Notes under the pieces: model-generated
Told to the model about the DNA's origin: nothing
Database searches by the model: none
Seen by the model: only the letters and a program-made list of their open reading frames with translations
Shown: positions 10,557-20,312 of the stretch, piece after piece
Layout: every line of letters begins with the position of its first letter
Numbering within the stretch: position 1 is the stretch's first letter
Position numbers and translations under genes: made by a program
Source of the DNA: Candidatus Anderseniibacteriota bacterium
Lineage (GTDB): Bacteria; Patescibacteriota; Andersenbacteria; UBA10190
Direction of reading: 5' to 3'
Length of the DNA stretch: 64,000 bases
Assembly: GCA_016197005.1 (NCBI GenBank)
Contig: JACPWO010000001.1
Coordinates: 218,544-282,543, forward strand

Positions 10557-11264
10557 TTATTTATTACTCATAATACTGGCCATCGCTTCCAGTAAGGGCA
10601 TATGCCGGGCGTACGGCATACGTTTGGGACCGAGTACAAGCAACACCGCTTCTTCACCATCCGGTAATGTAACAGTCCGCGCTAGAACACTGGTATATTT
10701 CGCATTGTAAGCGGGGTTTTCTTCCCCGATATACACGACAACTTCATTGCGAGCCTGCTCGACAAACTCAGTGATATGGTCATCCAGAGTATCGGTAATA
10801 TTTGTTACCTCTCGAACTGTTTCTATATCCTCTCCCTCCGGTTGATCAAAGAGACGTGATAATCCAAACTCGTACACGCCTTGTCCGGTCGTACGTCCGC
10901 TAGCAGCTAGTGTTTTGGTAAGTCCGGAAAGCAATTTAACAGCGGAAGGCATTGATGCATCAGAGGACTCCGCTAGGTTGTGATACTGCTCGGCAAGCGC
11001 TGCCATCCGTCGTTCATTCAAATCTCGCACAATCAGCTTATTTACATACCAGCGATACCCTTTATCTGTAGGAATACGTCCGGCTGAAGTATGCGGTTGC
11101 TCTATATATCCCTCTTCTTCTAGATCGCGGAGCATACTGCGGATCGTGGCGGAACTAGCAGTAAAGCCAGCTTGTTCCTGCAAACGAACACTGCCGACGG
11201 GTTCGGCGGTCGAAATATATTCGATTATGAGCTCATGTAAGAGCTTAGAATAGCGAGAATCCAT
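10557..11264 (-). CDS. hrcA: heat-inducible transcriptional repressor HrcA. Start moved to the internal Met MDSRYSKLL; the ORF-track start is 11300.
   Basis: N-terminus LLHELIIEYISTAEPVGS is the HrcA wHTH signature. First gene of the grpE-dnaK-dnaJ operon. Using 11300 as start would place CIRCE inside the coding region. Confidence 0.8.
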   Translation of the reverse strand: MDSRYSKLLHELIIEYISTAEPVGSVRLQEQAGFTASSATIRSMLRDLEEEGYIEQPHTSAGRIPTDKGYRWYVNKLIVRDLNERRMAALAEQYHNLAESSDASMPSAVKLLSGLTKTLAASGRTTGQGVYEFGLSRLFDQPEGEDIETVREVTNITDTLDDHITEFVEQARNEVVVYIGEENPAYNAKYTSVLARTVTLPDGEEAVLLVLGPKRMPYARHMPLLEAMASIMSNK

Positions 11265-11266
11265 GG

Positions 11267-11293
11267 TTAGCACTCTACCAAGCAGAGTGCTAA
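11267..11293. promoter_or_regulatory. CIRCE operator (HrcA binding site), perfect inverted repeat
   Basis: TTAGCACTC-N9-GAGTGCTAA read directly at 11267-11293, 2 nt upstream of the inferred hrcA start. Confidence 0.9.
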
Positions 11294-11303
11294 AGTGCAA
11301 TAT

Positions 11304-12464
11304 TTATGTGGCAAGGGGATGAACCACCAATAGAGCTTTAGCCGCATTGGTAGGGTTGATAGAAATGTCGTGAATAGCGTAGTTCGGCAAACCCAACGAG
11401 AAGGTATTCCAGGCTTGCCCACCATCCTCCGAGCGATATACGACGCCATTAATGGCCACGAAGATGCGATTGGCATTCGTGGGACTGGTACGAACCACGA
11501 CAGAGTTAAATGTTTCCGCTACTTCTACCGGAACAGAAAGTTGCAGCCAGCTTTGTCCACCATCACGAGTAACCACGGCGCCATCATTAACACCGACTAA
11601 CAGTGCTTGTGGGAAACCAACGATATATGACACATCAAGAACGTCTCGTTCTCCCCCGCTCAGAAACGGTGTTTTCGGAATACCAATAACAGCCGGTACT
11701 TCTATGGCTGTTTGCGTGTTGTTCGTGATACGGAGAAGTCGTTTGGATTCTGTTATGACAAGAAGCTCTCCTGGAGTGTGCGGCGAAACAACTAAGGTAC
11801 GAATACCCATTTGCTTACTCCCAATTGCGATTGCTGGTCCTTCCGGTTGAACGGTATAGAAAGTACGCCATACTTTGGCTGCCTGTTCTCCAATAAAGAG
11901 AGACCCTAAGCTCGTACCACCATAAATCCGATCTGCGTTAAAAGGATCAGGCTCGAGCGTTAAAACTACAGAAGAAGCACTCTGACCGTTGCCACCAACA
12001 AGCTTAAAACTTTCCTCATTAACTGGGGTTGGTACCGTAAATACAGCGTGCCAACTTTTCCCTTCATCGAGACTCCGTACAACATATCCTTGTCCACCAG
12101 CATCTCGCCCAGCAGCGACAAGAACACCGCTTTGCAAAGCAATAACGTCAGTGGCAAACGTCAGCGGAGTTGGAAAAATCTTCCAACTTACACCATCATC
12201 GTGAGATATAACGATTCCCTGTTCACCGGCAGCGATATATATCGATTGGGGGTCGTGAGCCGGTCGATGAATATTTTGCAGTGGAAACTGCGCAATGTAT
12301 TCGCCTTCAGTGGTAGTAACTTGTACTGACTGTTCAAAGAGTGCCCCAGCACTTTCTGATCGATATACTCCCCCAGCAGATGGTGGTGGTACTTCCTTAC
12401 TACACCCAGACAACCCAACAGCCGCGACTAGGGCCACTGGCGTAATTATGCTGTAAAACTTCAT
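11304..12464 (-). CDS. lipoprotein with BNR/Asp-box repeats (Ycf48/sialidase-like beta-propeller)
   Basis: Lipobox LSGCS after a signal peptide. Repeated S/DxDxGxxW motifs (DGVSWKIF, GKSWHAVF, DGGQSWLQL, DGGQAWNTF). Confidence 0.65.
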   Translation of the reverse strand: MKFYSIITPVALVAAVGLSGCSKEVPPPSAGGVYRSESAGALFEQSVQVTTTEGEYIAQFPLQNIHRPAHDPQSIYIAAGEQGIVISHDDGVSWKIFPTPLTFATDVIALQSGVLVAAGRDAGGQGYVVRSLDEGKSWHAVFTVPTPVNEESFKLVGGNGQSASSVVLTLEPDPFNADRIYGGTSLGSLFIGEQAAKVWRTFYTVQPEGPAIAIGSKQMGIRTLVVSPHTPGELLVITESKRLLRITNNTQTAIEVPAVIGIPKTPFLSGGERDVLDVSYIVGFPQALLVGVNDGAVVTRDGGQSWLQLSVPVEVAETFNSVVVRTSPTNANRIFVAINGVVYRSEDGGQAWNTFSLGLPNYAIHDISINPTNAAKALLVVHPLAT

Positions 12465-12480
12465 GTGTTATGATTGTAGC

Positions 12481-13371
12481 ATGTCGTTTAGCAAAGTTCC
12501 GGTTAAACAATTTGAGTGGATTGACACCCAGCGCCCTTCTAACGAAGAAATAGCGACGTTTGCTCGTGAGGCAAAACTTCTTCACTCCGATGTGGAATTT
12601 TTATTAGAAGATCAACCGCGACCGGAAGTAGCAGTACGAGCAGACTATGTTTTAATTTTAGTTCGTGTCCCCGTGTTTGATAAAAAGACACGCGTCACCA
12701 GTGGGGCTTCGGTTGCTTTCATTACGACGAAAGACCGCCTCTATACCCTTCATACTCAGCCGGTAGTAGTTCTGGAACAAGTGAGACAAGAAATCGAGGA
12801 TCATCCAAATGACCACGAGCCTCACATTGGTGAAAACACTATTAGTTTGGCGCTCTATATTATCGACAAGCTTGGTGATAGTTCATTTCGCAAACTGACA
12901 CGACTCACCAAGCATATCGATATTGCCGAAGATGCAGTGTTTTTTGGTAATGAACGAAAGATGGTGGAAGAAGTGGCTATTTTAGGACGTGATGTACTTG
13001 ATTTCCGAAGGATTGTTCGACCACATATTAGTTTGTTTAAAAATATTCCGGATATTTTGGATGAAAATACCGCCTCGCAGTGGCGACGAGTCGGCGGCCA
13101 GATGGAGCAGCTATGGGAGTTACTTGAAAGTTTGTATAACAGTGCAAAGGAGTTACGCGAAACAAATGATTCTCTACTCCAACATAAAGAAAATGAATTA
13201 TTGCGCTTGCTTACGCTGTATTCCATTGTCGCTATTCCTGCTCTTCTTCTAGCTGGGTCTTACAACTCAGGAGCTCCGACGTTTGAAGTAATTTTCTGGG
13301 TGGTTCTTCTTTTCTTAGTATTTTGTCTCGGCTTCGTGTTCCTGCGTGCCAAGCGAAGAAAGATAATCTAG
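12481..13371 (+). CDS. CorA-family divalent cation transporter-like protein lacking the canonical GMN motif
   Basis: C-terminal two-TM hairpin LTLYSIVAIPALLLAGSYNSGAPTFEV aligns to the CorA xxIAGIYGMNFxxMPEL region, with YNSGA replacing YGMNF. Basic C-tail KRRKII. Start placed at MSFSKV (12481) because the ORF-track start at 12463 overlaps the divergent gene's start. Confidence 0.55.
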   Translation: MSFSKVPVKQFEWIDTQRPSNEEIATFAREAKLLHSDVEFLLEDQPRPEVAVRADYVLILVRVPVFDKKTRVTSGASVAFITTKDRLYTLHTQPVVVLEQVRQEIEDHPNDHEPHIGENTISLALYIIDKLGDSSFRKLTRLTKHIDIAEDAVFFGNERKMVEEVAILGRDVLDFRRIVRPHISLFKNIPDILDENTASQWRRVGGQMEQLWELLESLYNSAKELRETNDSLLQHKENELLRLLTLYSIVAIPALLLAGSYNSGAPTFEVIFWVVLLFLVFCLGFVFLRAKRRKII

Positions 13372-13372
13372 T

Positions 13373-14809
13373 GTGAAGGTTCCCATTTTATATAATTCGT
13401 TAACCAAGAAAAACGAAGAGCTACAGACGAAGGAGCCAGGAAAAGTCCGCATATACAACTGCGGACCCACTGTGTACAAACGACAACACGTTGGCAATAT
13501 GCGCCGCTACCTCTTCGCAGATTTTTTGCGTCGTAGTCTTGAATTCTTTGGCTATGAAGTTCGTGAAATCACTAATATTACTGACGTAGGTCATCTTACT
13601 CAAGATGAAATCGATGCTGGTGAAGATAAGTTAGAAGTGGAGGCTAAAAGACAGAAAAAAACACCCCAGGATATTGCGGCCGAACAAACTGACTTATTTC
13701 TTCACGATTTACAATCCCTCAATATCCAACCAGCACATAAATACCCAAAGGCCAGTGAACACATTAAGCAGATGCTCACTTTGACGGAGGCATTACTAAA
13801 AAAGGGACATGCTTATCAGACAGCTAGCGGTGTATATTTCGATGTCACTTCCTTTCCAGCGTACGGTGCTCTCTCTGGTAACACACTCAATAACATTGCC
13901 GCTGGTGCTCGTGTTACTGTTCGCAGTGAAAAAAAACATCCGGCTGACTTTGCGCTCTGGAAAACTGACGATCCGGAACACATCCAACAGTGGGACTCTC
14001 CCTGGGGACGAGGGTACCCTGGCTGGCACATCGAATGTTCGGCAATGAGCTTAGAATATTTAGGGTCAGATATAGATATTCATACGGGTGGTGAAGATAA
14101 TCGCTTCCCCCACCATGAGAATGAAATAGCTCAGTCGGAAGGCGCTACTGGTGAACCATTTGTCCGCGTTTGGATGCACAATCGTCATCTTTTATTTTCT
14201 GGAAAAAAACTAGCGAAACGAGAAGGACTGCAAATAACACTGGATACAATCCGGGAGCGTGGGTATTCCCCCCTCGCCTTTCGTTTCTTTGTGTTTAGTA
14301 GTCATTATCGCTCTCCCCTAGAATTTTCCTGGGAAGCCATGAATGCCGCTGAAGGGAAATTAAATACGTTTCGTCACTTTCTACGACGATTAATGGAACT
14401 GCCGAGCACTCCCCCTATTGGTCAGCAAATGCGTGGATCAGAAGCACTGCGAAAATTTGCCGAAGCGTTAAGTCAGGATTTAAATACTCCCCGTGCCTTA
14501 GCCGTCGTATTTGATTTCATAAAGCAATCCAATGCCGCCCTCGACGCTTCTCCTGATGGCGAAACAGCGGGCGAAATTGAAGCGACGCTTAAGAAAATAG
14601 ATAGTGTTCTGGGAATCTTTGAGCAGCTCAAAGAGGAAATTAAGACTGAAACTATTCCTCTAGCAGTTAGAAATTTAGCTCGACAAAGAGAAGAGGCGCG
14701 GCGTGCTAAAAATTTCGAAAAAGCTGATGAGCTGAGAGCTGCTATCGAAAAAGAAGGATATACACTGGAAGATACCTCGTCTGGGCCGCGTTTAGCTAAG
14801 CAATCCTAG
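13373..14809 (+). CDS. cysS: cysteinyl-tRNA synthetase
   Basis: CGPTVY zinc-site Cys, HIGH-region variant HVGN, KMSKS-region variant KLAKR, anticodon-binding C-terminal domain; 478 aa. Confidence 0.88.
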   Translation: MKVPILYNSLTKKNEELQTKEPGKVRIYNCGPTVYKRQHVGNMRRYLFADFLRRSLEFFGYEVREITNITDVGHLTQDEIDAGEDKLEVEAKRQKKTPQDIAAEQTDLFLHDLQSLNIQPAHKYPKASEHIKQMLTLTEALLKKGHAYQTASGVYFDVTSFPAYGALSGNTLNNIAAGARVTVRSEKKHPADFALWKTDDPEHIQQWDSPWGRGYPGWHIECSAMSLEYLGSDIDIHTGGEDNRFPHHENEIAQSEGATGEPFVRVWMHNRHLLFSGKKLAKREGLQITLDTIRERGYSPLAFRFFVFSSHYRSPLEFSWEAMNAAEGKLNTFRHFLRRLMELPSTPPIGQQMRGSEALRKFAEALSQDLNTPRALAVVFDFIKQSNAALDASPDGETAGEIEATLKKIDSVLGIFEQLKEEIKTETIPLAVRNLARQREEARRAKNFEKADELRAAIEKEGYTLEDTSSGPRLAKQS

Positions 14810-14852
14810 GTAGGGCTATTTCTTCACACGTTATACACTCCTCGGTCGTCGG

Positions 14853-16274
14853 TTGGGACTGTATACTTTGAAAACTATGGCTAGGGCACGCAAAACTCCT
14901 CCTTCTATACTACGCACTCCTCCTCACAACACCGAGGCGGAAGAATCTGTGTTAGGCAGTTTACTGATTGATAAGGACGCTATTGTAAAAGTGGCTGACT
15001 GGCTCGCGGTCAATGATTTCTATCGCTCAAAGTATGGAGCCATGTATCAAGCCATGCTTGATCTCTATGCCGCGGGTGATCCCATTGATGTCTTATCTGT
15101 TATTAACCGACTCAAAGAGAAAGAACAACTGATTGAAGTTGGTGGTGAAACAGCCGTCACTCACCTCGCAACCGTCGTGCCAACAGCCGGTAACGTTGTG
15201 CACTACGGCCGTATTGTGCAGCGCAGTGGAACCCGGCGTCGCCTTATTTCCGCAGCCTCAGATATTTCTGAAATTGCGTACAACGAAGAAGAAAATATTG
15301 AGAATATTATGGATGAGTCGGAGCGAAAGTTATTCGCTGTCTCCCAAAGTCACAAACACCAGAAATTTATTCGCTTGTCCGATGCGCTCGAAGACGCCTT
15401 TACCCGTATAGACAAGCTCCATAAAGGCGACCACTCTCTGCGGGGCGTCCCAACCGGTTTCTCTGCTTTGGATAACAAACTGGCTGGCTGGCAAAAATCT
15501 GACCTTATTGTTTTGGCCGCTCGCCCGAGCGTTGGAAAGACTACCTTGGCTCTGGATTTTGCGCGACACGCGGCCCTGGCCGGCTCAAAGGTCGGAATAT
15601 TTAGCTTGGAAATGTCCAAGGATCAATTAGTAGATCGTCTGCTCGCCTCCCATGCTCACGTCAATTTATGGCGTCTGCGTACTGGCAATTTAGAACAGGG
15701 ACGCGGCGACTTTGATGACTTTGAACGTATTGCGGAAGCCATGGGTGAACTTTCTCAAGCTCCCATTTATATTGATGACCAAGCTTCCGCCAACATTATG
15801 GGTATGCGAACTATGGCTCGCCGCCTGCAATCAGAATATGGCCTTGATTTACTCATTATCGATTACCTTCAACTAATGGAGTCGAGTAGGTACAAAGATA
15901 ACCGCGTACAAGAAGTATCGGATATCTCTCGTAATCTTAAAAAGCTTGCCCTGGAACTCAACGTTCCTATTATTGCTCTCTCTCAGCTTTCTCGAGCAGT
16001 TGAAATGCGCACCGATCAGCGACCAAAACTTTCTGACCTTCGTGAATCGGGAAGCATTGAGCAGGATGCGGACGTCGTGATGTTCCTTCACCGTCAACCG
16101 TACGATAGTGAGAATGGTGAACGACCAGAAGTAATGGAAGTAGATCTACTTATAGAAAAACATCGTAATGGGCCGACCGGAGAGGTTCCTCTGCACTTCC
16201 ACACTAAATACGTCACCTATACCGAGGTTGAAGAAATGCGAGCCGAAGAAGCTCCAGCAGTATCTCAAGCGTAA
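14853..16274 (+). CDS. dnaB: replicative DNA helicase DnaB
   Basis: N-terminal DnaB domain (PHNTEAEESVLGSLL), Walker A ARPSVGKTT, RecA-like C-terminus; 473 aa, no intein. Confidence 0.93.
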   Translation: MGLYTLKTMARARKTPPSILRTPPHNTEAEESVLGSLLIDKDAIVKVADWLAVNDFYRSKYGAMYQAMLDLYAAGDPIDVLSVINRLKEKEQLIEVGGETAVTHLATVVPTAGNVVHYGRIVQRSGTRRRLISAASDISEIAYNEEENIENIMDESERKLFAVSQSHKHQKFIRLSDALEDAFTRIDKLHKGDHSLRGVPTGFSALDNKLAGWQKSDLIVLAARPSVGKTTLALDFARHAALAGSKVGIFSLEMSKDQLVDRLLASHAHVNLWRLRTGNLEQGRGDFDDFERIAEAMGELSQAPIYIDDQASANIMGMRTMARRLQSEYGLDLLIIDYLQLMESSRYKDNRVQEVSDISRNLKKLALELNVPIIALSQLSRAVEMRTDQRPKLSDLRESGSIEQDADVVMFLHRQPYDSENGERPEVMEVDLLIEKHRNGPTGEVPLHFHTKYVTYTEVEEMRAEEAPAVSQA

Positions 16275-16314
16275 ATAGCTAACGCTGGCAGGCTCTATTT
16301 GTATAGTCTAGTCT

Positions 16315-16923
16315 TTGAATATGCCTTCCATATTACCTAAAGCCGTTCGTGATCTAGCTCAAGAGTTATCTCGCCTCCCAAGTATTGGTCCAAAAACTGC
16401 GCAGCGACTATCGCTCCATCTTTTGCGTATGCCAGAAAATGTTGTCCGTCACTTTGCTCAGACAATAGAATCCCTTCATCGCAGCGTGCAAATATGCAAA
16501 GAATGTTTCAGTCTAGCTGAAAAAGATTTGTGCATTATCTGTCGAGATACAAGTCGCAATCGTTCCATTATTTGTGTCGTAGAGGGGCCTCTCGATGTAG
16601 AAGCAATTGAACGAACCGATTCTTACCGAGGACTGTACCACGTGTTAGGCGGTGTCCTGTCTCCAATGGAGGGTGTAAGTGCTGACCAATTAACAGTGGA
16701 TGAGTTGTTTAACCGGCTCAGACAAGAAGAAGTAAAGGAAGTCATTATTGCCTTAGGACACACGATGGAAAGTGACGCTACCGTTAGATACATCATGGCC
16801 GGGATAAAAGATTTGGATCTCCACGTGACGCGACTAGCACGAGGACTTCCTACCGGTGGAGATATTGAATTTGCTGACGCTACTACCTTGTCCGCCGCTT
16901 TTGAAGGGCGACGGAAGGTATAA
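16315..16923 (+). CDS. recR: recombination protein RecR
   Basis: HhH (LPSIGPKTAQRL), C4 zinc finger (CKEC...CIIC), Toprim domain; 202 aa. Confidence 0.92.
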   Translation: MNMPSILPKAVRDLAQELSRLPSIGPKTAQRLSLHLLRMPENVVRHFAQTIESLHRSVQICKECFSLAEKDLCIICRDTSRNRSIICVVEGPLDVEAIERTDSYRGLYHVLGGVLSPMEGVSADQLTVDELFNRLRQEEVKEVIIALGHTMESDATVRYIMAGIKDLDLHVTRLARGLPTGGDIEFADATTLSAAFEGRRKV

Positions 16924-16934
16924 ACAAAAGATCG

Positions 16935-17267
16935 CTACTTGGTAGCGATCTTAGTGATTTCAACTTTGGTATACCACTGTTTGTGGCCGAAATATTTCTT
17001 CTGGCGTTTCTTTGGTTTTACTTTCACACCGAAAACCTTTTCATGACGGCCGTGCTCCAAGATTTTACCTTCAACCTTTGCGCCACTTAAGAATGGGGTT
17101 CCAATATTCATTGTCTTATCAGTTGCAGCCATCAAGACTTCTTCGAAAGTTAATGATTTTCCTTCGTCAGCCACTACTTTTTCCAGCAGGACAACATCGC
17201 CCTCTTTAACGAGGTACTGTTTTCCACCGTTTTGGAATACTGCTGTCGTTGCCATATGTGGGGCCAA
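16935..17267 (-). CDS. rplU: 50S ribosomal protein bL21 (true start possibly the second Met at 17255)
   Basis: TAVFQNGGKQYLVKEGDVVLLEK matches the bL21 N-terminus. Confidence 0.85.
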   Translation of the reverse strand: MAPHMATTAVFQNGGKQYLVKEGDVVLLEKVVADEGKSLTFEEVLMAATDKTMNIGTPFLSGAKVEGKILEHGRHEKVFGVKVKPKKRQKKYFGHKQWYTKVEITKIATK

Positions 17268-17283
17268 CTATAGCACAAGGGCC

Positions 17284-17799
17284 TTAAAAAGCAACCTCGT
17301 CCCCTACTTGAATGCCTAAGATCGCTGCCTGCCCGGCGGCTAGCTCTAGAGCTCCATCAATAGCCTGCGAATGACGGTATCGAGCAAGATCCGAATCAGC
17401 TACCCCTATCTCAGCCGGAACACTTGCTTCAATACCGGCTACTTTCCCATCGCGAATCCAGAGGATATCGATAGGAATAATCATATCTTTCATCCAAAAC
17501 GTCGCCGTGGAACGAGGAGTAAAGGTAAAATACATTCCCTTACCTTCAGGTACAGCCGCACAGCCACTTAATCCTTGAGCGTGCTCTTCTTTCGTATCGG
17601 CGAGGGCAATAGGAACTTGTATGTCACCAACTTGTACGTGAGTTTCAGAAAAATTGTGACAATCCTCTCCGGCAACTTCCTCTTCTTGGTTCTGCGTAGA
17701 CCGGGTAGGTGTTGATCGACCATTAAAGGCAATCGCCACAATAAAAGCGGCAAGAATGATGACAAGACTACCAATGATGTACCGGTGCTGTGGTTGCAT
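17284..17799 (-). CDS. DUF192 (COG1430) domain protein with N-terminal TM anchor
   Basis: GMYFTF...FWMKDMIIPIDILWI matches the DUF192 core (MxF.F...MWMKNT.IPLDI.FID). Confidence 0.6.
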   Translation of the reverse strand: MQPQHRYIIGSLVIILAAFIVAIAFNGRSTPTRSTQNQEEEVAGEDCHNFSETHVQVGDIQVPIALADTKEEHAQGLSGCAAVPEGKGMYFTFTPRSTATFWMKDMIIPIDILWIRDGKVAGIEASVPAEIGVADSDLARYRHSQAIDGALELAAGQAAILGIQVGDEVAF

Positions 17800-18799
17800 A
17801 CTGACTTTTTAGCTTACGGCGCCTTATCCAAAGACGCAACCCCGAAGCGGCTACCCCTAAGGCACTGACAACGAAAAAAATAAGTTTGGCTTGCGTTGTC
17901 AAAAGAATACTAGCGAGACCCAAAAATGCGGTAACAACTAAGGCAGCTGCTAAAATAGTACGCTTGCTAACCCCCGCCTTTTGCCAGCGGTGATGGATAT
18001 GATTAACCGTGTCACCAGACGTCACAGAATGGCCACTAATGATGCGTCGCAGGACAACAACCCCTACATCAACAATTGGTATCGCTAAAATAAGGAGCGC
18101 GGTAGCTATCTTTCCTCCGCCACCTGACGCAACAATCGCCAGATACATCCCAATAAACCAACTCCCAACCGTGCCAAGATATACCTTGGCTGGTGGAGCG
18201 TTCCAAATAAAGAAAGCCGCTAGCGCAGAGGCTCCAATACCGGCTAGACCTAAGGTTGTACCACTTTGAATTGAAGGCAGCATAGCAACTGCCACCAGGG
18301 CGATGTGGGCAATGACTCCGACGCCGCCAGCGAGTCCGTCCATGCCATCAAGCCAATTAACTGCATTCATAAGGAGCACAATCCAGGCTATCGCTAAAAG
18401 ATCGGCCGGTAAGGTTAAGGGTCCTACTTGAAAAAGTGTTAAATTCAGAAGTCCATCGGCAAAGGGATGACTGACATACGGAATAGTCCAACCACTGACT
18501 ACTACAATAGCGGCAATCACAATCTGCCAGATAAGTTGCGTACGAGCCGACAGTTTCATAATCTCGTCGGATTTCCCAACAATAATAACGAGAATCGAGG
18601 CAATAAGCAGACCCCAGCGCATACCCCACTCAGGAATGACAAACCAGGCGGCAGCTACTACCAAGGCAGTCAGCAACACACCGACGTATGCTCGCCCACT
18701 TTTTATCTCGCGGGATATGAGAAAATTCAGCAGAACAAATATTCCCAGCCATACATAGCCATAAGAAGCGGTAAACAATGTCGTATCAAGTGGCAACAT
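17768..18799 (-). CDS. GT4-family polyprenyl-phosphate N-acetylhexosamine-1-phosphate transferase (MraY/WecA family)
   Basis: NAVNWLDGMDGLAGG and HIHHR motifs; about 10 TM helices; 343 aa. Confidence 0.75.
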   Translation of the reverse strand: MLPLDTTLFTASYGYVWLGIFVLLNFLISREIKSGRAYVGVLLTALVVAAAWFVIPEWGMRWGLLIASILVIIVGKSDEIMKLSARTQLIWQIVIAAIVVVSGWTIPYVSHPFADGLLNLTLFQVGPLTLPADLLAIAWIVLLMNAVNWLDGMDGLAGGVGVIAHIALVAVAMLPSIQSGTTLGLAGIGASALAAFFIWNAPPAKVYLGTVGSWFIGMYLAIVASGGGGKIATALLILAIPIVDVGVVVLRRIISGHSVTSGDTVNHIHHRWQKAGVSKRTILAAALVVTAFLGLASILLTTQAKLIFFVVSALGVAASGLRLWIRRRKLKSQYATTAPVHHW

Positions 18800-20312
18800 G
18801 AACTTTCTTTCGAGATTTCTGCATCACGTTAAAGTGAAGATCGCGCCCAAGCAGGAGACGAGTTTCCGCATCCAGAGCCGGGAAGGCAGATAAGATCATT
18901 GATATAATTGGCACCAATATCCATTGCAGCACAAATTGAATATGACGCCACCACGTATAGTGAGCTGGCCGCGGTGGTGATAGTAGCAGTGTTAACGCAG
19001 CGGATATAACCAACCCACTCATCGCAATCGACATAAGGGTCCTGGCAACAAACGGCAAACTATATGACAGAAACGTGGCGTGAAATTCAGGACTACCGAA
19101 AATGATAGGCAGCCAACCTAATCCGGCCACAATGATGGGAGCAGTCGCCCACGAAAAATGCCCTTCTAATGTGCGAAACAAGTACGGAAATTTTCGATCG
19201 AAAGGAATCTCTCGGTTCCGCAGAAAACCTTCCATAATGTAGGGAAAGTTTTCAATTCCCCACGCCCACCGTCGTTTCTGCCGATACTGATTCTTAAGTG
19301 TCTTCCACCAGCTATCAGCAAGCGCGGCATCCATAGAAACTGTTATGTAGAGTGGCTGAGCGCGATAATTACCAGCGTAATGTAAAAGTGCCTGCCAAAA
19401 GATACGAGAGTCTTCAGAAATAATGTCTCGTTGCCAGTACCCAACTTCTTGTAAAGCTAGTAGGGTCATGGAATGACTAGAAAATGTTACCAGACGCTCT
19501 GGCCTGGTACTTTCAATCATCTGCCAGAACGTAGAACCCATGGCAATGACGCGTGAGAATGATGGCGCATCCCACAAATTATTGTTGTACACCGGGATCG
19601 GCTGGTAACTCGCCTGATATTTATCTTCCTGTTCTAAAAATACATGAGTTAAGTACGCAAAATACTGCGACGGCAACACCGTATCACTATCTAGGTTACT
19701 AACTAGAACGTGCGGTACGGGAATATTGAGATCTTTAGTTTTTTCTTCTAACTTTTTTATTGCCCAGCAGGCATTTGCACTTTTCACTCGTTTTTCATTG
19801 GGCAGCCCATCAGGATGAAAAGTAGTGAGAAATGTTCGGAAATATGAACCAAATTCCATGGTCAGAGCCTGAGCTCTTTCTTGAGCGTCCGTTCCGGCTC
19901 GTTCTTCAAAACCAACAACCACATGAAGGTTTTCAGCAGGAAACGTTGAAGCTTTTAAACTTGATAGTGTTGAATGTAGTACCTCAAGCGACTCGTTATA
20001 TGTTGGAACAACAATGTAATGGTGAATATCATCCCAGCCCATCTCCGCTTTCGGAAGCTGCTGTAGTTTTTCCATCCAATTAATAGTGCGGTGGGCTTTG
20101 AGTTGGCGGTAGGCGTATATGAGATGCGTACTCATATAGACGATACGAACCAATACATATACGTCGTACGCAATAACAAAAATTGCGATCCAGTACGGAA
20201 CGAAAAATGATAGGAGTGTGAGGCTTATAAGTGTTCCCCACGACAACGCTCCCGGCAGTATTTGCCAGAGGCGACGACGAAGCGAGACAATGTCGAATTC
20301 AATAGCAATCAT
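18786..20312 (-). CDS. processive family-2 glycosyltransferase (cellulose/chitin synthase-like) with N-terminal TM segments
   Basis: DSD...QRKRWAWG (D, D, D, QxxRW architecture); 508 aa; overlaps the GT4 gene. Confidence 0.7.
   Translation of the reverse strand: MIAIEFDIVSLRRRLWQILPGALSWGTLISLTLLSFFVPYWIAIFVIAYDVYVLVRIVYMSTHLIYAYRQLKAHRTINWMEKLQQLPKAEMGWDDIHHYIVVPTYNESLEVLHSTLSSLKASTFPAENLHVVVGFEERAGTDAQERAQALTMEFGSYFRTFLTTFHPDGLPNEKRVKSANACWAIKKLEEKTKDLNIPVPHVLVSNLDSDTVLPSQYFAYLTHVFLEQEDKYQASYQPIPVYNNNLWDAPSFSRVIAMGSTFWQMIESTRPERLVTFSSHSMTLLALQEVGYWQRDIISEDSRIFWQALLHYAGNYRAQPLYITVSMDAALADSWWKTLKNQYRQKRRWAWGIENFPYIMEGFLRNREIPFDRKFPYLFRTLEGHFSWATAPIIVAGLGWLPIIFGSPEFHATFLSYSLPFVARTLMSIAMSGLVISAALTLLLSPPRPAHYTWWRHIQFVLQWILVPIISMILSAFPALDAETRLLLGRDLHFNVMQKSRKKVHVAT

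Noticed and set aside
14853-16274. Possible intein in DnaB
   Set aside because: The protein is 473 aa with contiguous helicase motifs. No insertion or Hint-domain blocks are present.
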